Part shown: positions 54,280 to 64,000 of the stretch, piece after piece
Layout: the number at the start of each line of letters is the position of its first letter
Numbering within the stretch: the first letter of the stretch is position 1
DNA from: Paramecium tetraurelia
Lineage: Eukaryota
Length of the DNA: 64,000 bases
Direction of reading: 5' to 3'
Assembly (NCBI GenBank): GCA_000165425.1
Contig: CT868043.1
Span: 124,001 to 188,000, forward strand
Notes under the pieces: generated by a model
Database searches by the model: none
The model's input: only the letters and a program-made list of their open reading frames with translations
Told to the model about the DNA's origin: nothing
Translations under genes and position numbers: made by a program

Positions 54280-55496
54280 AACAACATAATATTCCTAATA
54301 TATGTTATTTAGTTATGAATTAGTAAACAAATTTATAGTCACTACTTAAATTTGATAGCCTTCTGCATTAATATAATATTTCATCTTACAATGCAATTTT
54401 AATATTATTTATTGACTGTAATAGAATTACAAATTTTAATTTCTAATTCTAATGAAAATATCCTTAAAAACATCTGCATAAGTTAGAATCGAGATCCAAA
54501 TTAAAAAAGTCAAAGAATTCTATAAAATCATCAAGATCGATAAAACATATAGTTTTTAGAATTATAACTTTTAATGTAATAGAATTGTCTAATATTATTT
54601 GTAGAATATATGAATTATGTAATTTTTTGCTAAGAGTAGGCTGAATGATTCTGATTGATTTGAACATATTTGAAGCTAATAATTTAATTCTAGGGTAACT
54701 GTTAAATTTGAAAATATAAATAACAACTCACTATACTTATTTTGAGGGCTGTTCCATAAATATTTGTAAATCAAATGCTATTTAAAGAAAAAGGTGGTTA
54801 TAATGATAGAATACTAAGAAATTTAAATTGAATTAAAAGATACTAGATCAACCAGGGTTGGCATATTTTTAGTAATAAAGATTATTAATTTAAAGTAATC
54901 AAGAATAAATAATTAATTCCAGACTCAAAACTTAGGAACTAGGCGCTACATTCCTTTATGAAATAAGGAAAGCAAACCAATTAGTTATTGATCTTTATAA
55001 TTTATGAATATAAGTTTATTAAATCTGAAATATAATATCATTCATTAAATATCACTTTAATAACTGAATTCCAAAAATCATTACTCAATTGTATTTGATA
55101 ATTGAAGCTGATCATAAAAATAAATACATTTCTATGAAAATTTATATCTCCAAACATAATTTAACGTGTACATTGCTATTTAATAATTACATTATGAAAT
55201 TGGAAGGTGCCTTGGATTTAGATTAATAGTGAAAACATTAAAGTTAAATAAGTATAATAAAACCATTTCAAAAAAATATTGAAATCAAAATATATATGCA
55301 ATATTTGTCTTCGTCAATGTGAGGAATTTGTAAAATTGAATAATGATTATTATTTTATAAATATGCGAAAGATATGATATGATTACATGAGCAGATTACT
55401 TTATTTCTAACACTTATATTTACACGTATCAATTAAAAAATTAAATACAGGATATGACTATGAAATAGAGGGTTTAAATAAAGAAGAATTTATTAA

Positions 55497-56813
55497 TCAA
55501 ACTATTGTTTTCTTTATTTCAAATAATTTTACTATTTGTACTTCTTAGTTGGAGAGTACTTAAGAAATCTCGCATTTATCCTCTGCTATGTTGACTAATA
55601 TTTTTTGATAGGCAACCAATGTTTATACAAGTTCTACAGTATAAATAATCTCTTTGAATATCCCATTGCACTTGTGTTGAAAATGCTTCGAATTAATATT
55701 TAGGCCTGAACCATGATAGAATTCTAATGAGAGAACTTCATTTAGATTGCATAACACATAAATAGTTAGAAAGGAAGATTTTTTGTCTTTGTGAATATTG
55801 TAATATGATTCTCCTAAATCAGTAATTACATTATCATTCCCTTGCAATTAAGCTTTAAAAGAATTTATATAATTAGTTTTGCTATCTACTAATGATTTAA
55901 TTTTAACCTGCCCAAATTTTGATTGTGTAAATAGGAAAGTAGTTTGATAATCTATAATAATAGGTTAATGGTCCTATTCTATATTGCAACAACATCCGAC
56001 TATTTTTATAATAAAATCTACTTGCTGTCATTTCATACCATTAGGAAATCTAATCTTTATGAAAGATTGTTCTATATCTCAGAAGATTCACTTGATCATA
56101 CGAGATTCTTAAATATGGTACGAGGAACCAAGATTGTGATCTCAAAGGTAATTTTGAGCCAATAAATGCACCATTTATATTTGATTATTGTATATTGTAT
56201 TATTACAGCATACCCTCTATTCCAAGAACAACCTGATATCCTATACTAGTAAGTGTTCCCGCTATATCAGTGATTTTAACTGTAAACTTATTTTCTGTAA
56301 TTTCAGAAACCTTATTATCCTATAAATATTACTTTGATTTCAACATTCGCTGCTCCTGTAGATGATACAGAAATCAGAGAGACAAAATAATTTTGAGTAT
56401 TAGGATTCACAAGATCAAAGCTTTTATCCTGAAAGTCTTTTATATTAAACTAGCTAAAAACTGATATTCTTGTATCGTCCATTGCAAGCCACCGATAATG
56501 AATCCCATTCACTTATCCTTCAGTACATTTAATTCTGAGTGTAAAGTCTAATAAAATTATTCAATTTACTTTATTCTGTAATAGTTACAATTTCTAAGGA
56601 GTAATCAATTGTTGATGTTGGGATATCAAATAATTCAGGTATGAGTATTACTTTTGGAATTCTTTTAAATGAATCCTAAAATCTTACATCTTAGGTCCTT
56701 TCATAACCTCTAAAGCAAGTAAATCCTTTGTTTATAACATTAAAAGATCTAAATGTACCCTCTTTATATGTAACATATCCCAAAGACATATTAAGAAATA
56801 AAAGAAAAATCAT
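55497..56813 (-). CDS. Secreted H-type lectin-like domain protein
   Basis: Signal peptide MIFLLFLNMSLG; VRFQDSFKRIPKVIL..FTLRIKC..IHYRWLAMDD pattern; two tiny introns. Confidence 0.7.
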
Positions 56814-57751
56814 TTAGTCGAAAAATTTATAATTTATTTATTGTAACTAATAATTGATTTTAGTATTATAAATTGCACTACTTCAAACATAATAGGTTTA
56901 AGATTTTTCTATTTGTGTTATTTCTTGATCAATATTCATTTTAATCTAGAATATGTTTAGTAAAACATTTTTTCTAAAGCTTATAAAATAGATGATATTT
57001 TAATAAATATTATAAATATATTTAACAGAAAGATTAAAATTAGTAATGTAGATATCATAATTTTAGATTAAAATAGGATTAACCATAGAATGCTATTTTG
57101 CTTAATATTTGTAGCATTGTATAGAACATTAAACATTTTAATATTTAGAAAATTATTTTACTAATTACCAACATTTAATATGTATTTAAATGATTACTGC
57201 AATAAAAAAGGCAAATCAATATTATTTTAAATTAAAAATCTTAAATTATATATTATTTATCTTAGGTTAGTGACATTGTGTATAATTATTGCCTTTGTTA
57301 TCATTTTAAATTATACAAATTGTTCTAATCAATAAAGCCTTTGAACGAATTTAAAATTCCCATACTCCTATATAGATAAATAGTAATTTGAGTGAGTATA
57401 ATCTTAATAATATCTCGAATTTATTGCCTCTTAAAAAGATCAGAAAATTTTAGAATGAGTTTCTGAAATCTTTCATTAAGAACTAAAAATGGAGGAATTG
57501 CGAATAATTTAAAGAGAAGAGATAACTGTAAAAATACAGGATTATCTTTAATTAGCTTGTTGTAAATTAGATCTAAATTTTATTTGTCTGTCATTTAAAT
57601 AGGACAATGGTATTGTTTGTTGAAATGGAAACAAATTTCCTAATATCATTTAAGATCAAATTTAATTCTGACGAGGAAAATGGTGGACTGATTCTTGAGA
57701 AATTCTAACCTGGAAAATTGTATTATTATTATATTAATTAAAAAAATTTAA

Positions 57752-59295
57752 ATGTTATTCTAAATATTACTAATACTGTTGGGATTGCTAATCAGTTGGT
57801 TTGTTATTAAGCCTTTGGTCATAATGATGAAGTTGAAATTATAATTTGGGTCAACTTGTAAAATATAGTTTGGAATTTTTGGAATTTTGGGATTGAGTAG
57901 CTAATCTATTATTGAGAAGATGAAGAGAAAATCGATACCTAAAACTGTAAAGTTTATTGTGCATAATTATGCTTCAGCCGTTTACATCTTAATAATTGAT
58001 CCTGACTATTATTAATTCATGTTAAACAATCACGAAAACTATTCTTAAATTAATGATTTAAATACAAGGTAAATTTAATTTATTATTTAGTCAATTATTG
58101 GATGAAGGTATTATGTTTTAATAAGGAGAGAGGTGGAAGCAATAACGTGAATTGCTTATTTAATATTTTGACATTGATAAACTTAAAAGGAATTTACCCA
58201 AATTAAATGAGATTATTAAACAAAATTTTAAGCAATATGATTATTAGAATGATTAAATTCAAACAACTTTATTGATAATAATAAGTGATATTCTTATTTA
58301 AAGCTTTTTTGGATAAGATGCAAATAAATTATTGATTAATAACAAATGTATCGGGTTAGAAACCACTGATTTGTTTGAAGCATTATCAAAATTGAGTAGA
58401 AAACCATATTCAATATGCAAAAATATTCTTTTTGGAGTCTAAGCATTAAAAATGTTTCCTAGCTCAGAGGAATAAATCATTCAAACAAAAATAAATAATA
58501 TTAAATTTACAATAGAAAAAATTATTCAAAAGAGAATAGTTTAGCACGAACTTAAGTTGGATGAAGATGAAAATGAGATATCATAAATGTCAGAGGATAT
58601 CCTTAATATATATATTTAAGCCTATCTTTAAACTAAAAAAGGGAACAATAGAATGTCATTTGAAGAAATAAAATAATAATATTTTACAATATTTAAAATA
58701 GGCAGTCAGACAACTAATTAAATAATATAGGCAAGTCTGCACTATTTGGCAGAATAACCTTAGATTTAAAATGAATTAAGATAGGAAATATTGAGCATTT
58801 GCAAAACAGATATTATTTCATATCAGGAATTGAAGAGCTTAGTTAAATTGAGTGCTTTCTTAAATGAAGTATTGAGATTCGTTAATCCAATTCCTATTGT
58901 TAGAAAGGTTTAGACCACTCACTTTATTAAAGATTTAAAACTAAAAAGAAGTATATATATTATCAATCATATATATAGATTGGGTTGTCATGGTAGATAA
59001 CTCAGTTACGAATTCGAGTGAAAAATACTACGATAATCCTAAAGAATTCAATTACTAGAGATGGCTATAATCAGAATCGATTAAAGAGAACAATAATTAT
59101 GTTTTTATTCCATTCTCAAATGGACCAAGAAATTGTGTTGGGTAAAGCTTAGCCACAATGATTTATCAGATAATCCTTATTAATATATTGAGGAATTTTG
59201 AAGTAAATGTAAATGAGAAATCAAAAAATAATAAGTCGATCACTTTTGTACTATAGAATAGCTCCTTTAAATTAAGTCCAATTTCACAAAAATGA
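57752..59295 (+). CDS. Cytochrome P450
   Basis: N-terminal TM anchor, FLNEVLR (ExxR), PKEFNYQRW, heme motif FSNGPRNCVG; two tiny introns. Confidence 0.93.
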
Positions 59296-59399
59296 TCATA
59301 TTTAATAAAAATCCATTATTATTTTTTAAGATTATTTATAATTTTTGTTATTATAATTTTCGTTAATTCTGCAGCTGTAATATAATTTTTTATTTATTA

Positions 59400-60780
59400 A
59401 TGCAATTATTATTACCCATCAAATTTATGAGTTATTTGACTCATTCTCAATAAATTACCAATAAGAAAGCCTGCTGCTTATCTAATGAAATCTTCAATAC
59501 CAGAATTTATAGTATTAAAAAGAAACTCAATTAAAAAGGGGTATAATTAAAGTAAAATAAGTCTTGGGAAATAATGTGCAAACGATAAAAAAAGAAATTA
59601 GTAAAGGTGATATCAAACTTTCTGATTCTGATTCTGCTCATTAAACTAATATCACAGAATTTGATAGTCAGATTGTGAGCAAAGCAATTTAAATTATTGT
59701 AAATAATTTAAAAACCATCTAGCGAATAAAGGAAAGAGAAATGAGTGTGAAATGTTAGAAGATGACTATTTCCATGAGGTCCCTTAATTTGAAAACAAAC
59801 TCTCAAAAATATATTATGTTTATTCTACTATAAAATGTTGACAAGAAGCTCATAATGTCAGGCCATTAAGAACTTCAAAAAAATGTTTATCTACTAAAAA
59901 TAATATAATAGACCTCAAAACTAAGTAGTTATTGGTAATTTGTAGTATTTAATTAAATATAATAATTTTTTAATTCTCTATCAGCTTGGATCATATTTAT
60001 CAAACACTTGACATGTAATTTTAAAGATATGTTTCTAGATATTATTAATATAATATTCATATAATAACAATATTATGAAAAACGAGATAATCATCAAGTT
60101 AGAACAACTTCTCTTAGTGGCTATAAAGATAAAAGAAATTCGCGGATCCTTTCTTCCTATAATCTGACCAAAAATTCATCTAGATGTTATTCGTCCTCAC
60201 AAAGCTATTAGGGCTATTATGATTCATTTTTATTGAATACATTGGTTTGAGTCATCTCCTGTAAAGAAGAAAAAATTACTTCCTCTTCTAGGGCTAAAGT
60301 ATCACCAAATATTTGTATTTTGATCACCTTTCTCTCTATTTAAAAACTAAGTATTTTGATAAATAAATACCATACGCAAATATTCTTAGCAACAATATCA
60401 TATTAGCTTTCAAATTGTAAATCTTTTCCGTCTTTCATTAATCTATAAATTAAATTAAAAAAATTGAAAATATCTTCCTTTTAATCTCTTGTAAAAAAGA
60501 GAATATGAGTATCTATTATCATGTATGTCTGTAAAGAAACATCTGATCCTTGGTTTTTCTGCAATACTTTTAGTTATAAATCAAATTTCTCAGTAGACAC
60601 ATAGGAACAAGTATTAAGGAATTTCTGATTCTTCCTAACAATTAATAATTGCAAATATGAGAGACTAATAGCCTAAGCACAGTGTTCTATAAGTCCCAAA
60701 TGATACTTTAGAGATCATAGCTTAGACATTGCACGATCGAATGATAATTTTCAATTTCTATTAAAAACAATTATTAAGAA
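59400..60780 (+). pseudogene. Degenerate coding remnant
   Basis: Coding-like composition and an intron-like GT..AG at ~59935-59984, but frames broken by TGA and shifts. Confidence 0.3.
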
Positions 60781-61179
60781 TAATTAAGAATTAAATTGAA
60801 TAATTATATATATATGATTTAATATAGAGGAAGCATGAATTTTTTGAGTTTATTCCATGTGGTTTCCAAATTAAAAATTGTAAAGCGGAACTTTAAGATT
60901 AGTTATAAATTCTAAGATTAAGAGAAATAATTTAATGAAATCTGTTTAGGCTTACTTAATTATTTCATTAAGCAATTTACAACCATTTTGAAAAATATAT
61001 TTAAATATTTGATTTTACAAATTGTGCTTTTTAAATTGTTTTATTTATCTTCATTAAGGAATGACAGGATTATTAATTATAAAAAATTATGAATGCTAAC
61101 TTATCGGAATTAGTAATGATAAATTATTATAGAAAGAGTTCAATTATGTGAATTTGGGCGATCATTCTGTGTATTGTTT

Positions 61180-62055
61180 ATGATAAAATTAAAAAATTCT
61201 GAAGCTCAAAAGACTAAGTCTATTTTTAAATTTACTCAAGCTGTTTCTGATCCAAATATACCATTAGAAGAGGTTTCAAATTCAGGACCATAGACTCATT
61301 CTAACAAAGAAATAGAGATTGACATAGATTAATTGAGTTATTAGAAGTTGTTTTCTTCTAATGAAATAGATTAAGAAATTGATTTCTTTGATTCTAGATA
61401 ATCTAACTCTTAAATGGGAGTGAGTCCTGGTTTGTCGATTACGTCATATGATTTAGAATAAACAGACAAAGCTCTAGAAATTTAACCATATGGAAGTGTT
61501 TCATACAACTAAAGGGAGGTGCCACAAATAGTTTTGGCTCTAAGAAAGCGTAGACCTGCTCAAATTTAAATTGTTTAGACAATATAGTAGAATTAAGAAT
61601 CTTGCAAAACTTTATCTAATTTTTCGTTACCTGATTTATCGCCTATGCAAACCAAAAAGTTGCAAGTAAAATCAGTTATGGAGTTCTCATTATTTGATAA
61701 TGATGAGGAAGAAATCTATAGTGTATTTGAAGACGAATTCAACTATTATGGGACATTACCATAATCAAAAATAGATTTTTTGGATAATTTGCATAAATTT
61801 TTAGTTTTATATAAGATGAGATCAGGAACATTCCCAAAACAACGTGAAAACTTAGAAAATGAAATGATAATATCTATTGCAATGAATTTATCTAAGGTTG
61901 ACAAATAGCTTTTTAAACAATATTTTCCGTCTAAAAAAGTCTTTTTCGATGATGAAAATGACTATACAAGAATTAAGAAAGTTAAACGACAACAAAAGAG
62001 ACAACTTACTTTACTTGGGACTCCTGATTTTCAATACATAAAGGACGATAGATGA
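61180..62055 (+). CDS. Hypothetical protein (291 aa)
   Basis: 876-nt ATG..TGA frame, S/D/E-rich N-half and helical C-half. Confidence 0.65.
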
Positions 62056-62133
62056 CATAGACAATTTATATCGTTAATTAAATATAGATCAAAGTTTAAA
62101 AAATGAATATATGACTTGAATATGAAATTAATG

Positions 62134-62950
62134 TCATTTCTTCTTTTTTCCATGTGTAGTATTAAAAGATCTAATTTTAGTGGAATCACCATCTTGAGTT
62201 GAATATTCTTAAACATTGGATAACTTTTTCTTCTTGTTTTAGTTTTAATCAACACATGCAAGACAAATGAACTTGATCTTAGAAATATTTTTAAGTTCTT
62301 TGTCACTTTTTCCACTGCAAGTATAATGAATCCAATTATTACAGAATTCACATAGAATATAGTCTTCTTTAGGATCGTATAATCTTTTGCAATTGCAATA
62401 TATTAACCATTCATTTATAGGAGGGTTAAACTCTTATAATTTTGTGTTGTATTCTGCACGTGTATAGAAATGGTCATCGTCTAGTACGATTGTCCCTTCG
62501 ACAAACATATCAATTGGATCGACTTTTATTTTTTAAACAAATGTAGTAGATAGAAACCATTAAGTAATGTCAGTGAGAAATAGGTCTTTAGATGTGCATT
62601 CTTGTAGCTTTTAGAATTCATCATCACGATTATCAATGTCTTCAGGTTTGAAATATATTCGACCTTTTATGAATCCCGCCCATTCATTTTGAATCTTTAT
62701 TTTTATCATTTCAGTGATTTGAACGTAGTAGGACACTCTGCCAATTGTAAATTAAGCATTTTCAGTCGGCGCCAATTTTTATTTTTAACGTGTTAGCATG
62801 TACTCACATTCAACTATGAGATCAGTATTTCTGAAGTAGGAGATGAAGGTTTCAAACTATTTGATTTAATCTCTAATTGATTACATCTTGCTCATCAAGG
62901 CTTTTCATGATCGCTGCTTGATCTTCTTTTGAAAATTTAACAGATTTCAT
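62134..62950 (-). CDS. BAH-PHD protein (EBS/SHL-like architecture)
   Basis: BAH-like IKGRIYFKPED..DLFLTD..FYTRAEYN followed directly by PHD IYCNCKRLYDPKEDYILCEFCNNWIHYTC..FICLAC; one 28-nt intron. Confidence 0.85.
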
Positions 62951-63009
62951 TTCTGTTTTCTCTTATAATATACAAATATAATTATGATTACAAAAATATA
63001 GGATTATGA

Positions 63010-64000
63010 TCATTTCCTGCTATTCTAATTGCTTGAGGGAACATAAGCAGATGATCTTCTAGCTGCAGCCACTCTTTAAGCTGGAGTTCTCTCCTCCTCA
63101 AAATGAGAATTCCTTGATTTAGCCACAATTGTCGTTTTCTCCTTTCCGGAATTTCGTACATCCTGTTTCTCTTCAAGAATTGGCATCAATTTGATCATCT
63201 TTGGATTTAACACACTCTATCTCTTACTAAAATTATTGTTATATCATATTACGATCTATCGATTTCTGGATGTAAAGGCTACATTCTTTTAGGTGGACTA
63301 CTCTTAGGTCTCTGAAAATCTCTGAACACAGGTATGCCATCCTCTCCATATTCCACTTCCATTATTTTTGATTCAAGAATTTCTCTGCAAGATGGTCGAT
63401 CTTATGGATTGTGAGATAGCATCTTTTGTAAGAGAACAGTTAATGAATGACTTGAATTGAGGTCTTTTTCTAATTGAGCAAAGTCAATCTTCATTTCCAT
63501 ATTGGTCTGCTTCACTGGCTATGCGAAGAGAGGATGACCAATTAAAAGATAATAGAGGATGCAACCTAATGAAAAGACATCGCATTTCTCATCATATGTA
63601 GCATTGTTATCGTTTTCTGCCAAAAACACTTCCGGTGCCATGTACCCTGGAGTGCCACAATATTGATACACAGCCATTCTTTATTGTTTTGGAGTAGCAA
63701 TCCCAAAATCGCTGATCATAACATTATTACCAACATTGATGAGTCCATACCTTTTAAGGGGGATGAAATCTCTAAAAAGAATATTATCTGGTTTTAAATC
63801 TCTGTGTATTACACCCTAATCATGAATATATTGTACACCTTCAAGGATTTATCTAAATATCACTTTTGCACTCAGGAATGGAACTGGGGCATTGAAGACT
63901 TTCAAAGCATATTCAAGTGTGCCTCCCCTTGCCAAATCCAATATTAAATAGATTTATGCTTTATTTTCAAATACTTCGTGTAAATTAATCAGATTTGGAT
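63010..64000 (-). CDS. Ser/Thr protein kinase (CAMK-like), 5' end outside window
   Basis: [40 protein letters not shown] motifs. Confidence 0.95.

Overview
AT-rich eukaryotic (ciliate, Paramecium-like) macronuclear-type DNA. Genes only read through with the ciliate nuclear code (TAA/TAG = Gln, TGA the only stop). They carry tiny ~22-28 nt GT..AG introns and often have intergenic gaps of only 40-80 nt, so the supplied standard-code ORF track is mostly fragments or artefacts. Hand translation gives about 25 apparently intact genes, including a USP deubiquitinase, a divergent di-ubiquitin, Eaf6, a METTL16/RlmF-like methyltransferase, an LRR protein, three WD40 proteins, a giant Cys-rich membrane protein, an SDR, an Rdx-fusion protein, Arf-like and Ras-like GTPases, a DnaJ protein, a TPR protein, an H-type lectin, a P450, a BAH-PHD protein and a kinase. 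There are also several decaying pseudogenes and two 150-N gaps. Two things stand out. (1) A ~1.6 kb segment at ~20.5-22.1 kb has non-ciliate codon usage and holds three tandem, highly diverged paralogs of an unrecognised family, truncated at both ends and decaying; it is apparently a captured piece of foreign (symbiont or virus) genome. (2) A TPR gene is built from exons of exactly 102 nt (one repeat each), joined by same-phase introns. All calls come from manual reading; no database searches were run, and boundaries of pseudogenes and intron-containing hypothetical genes are approximate.
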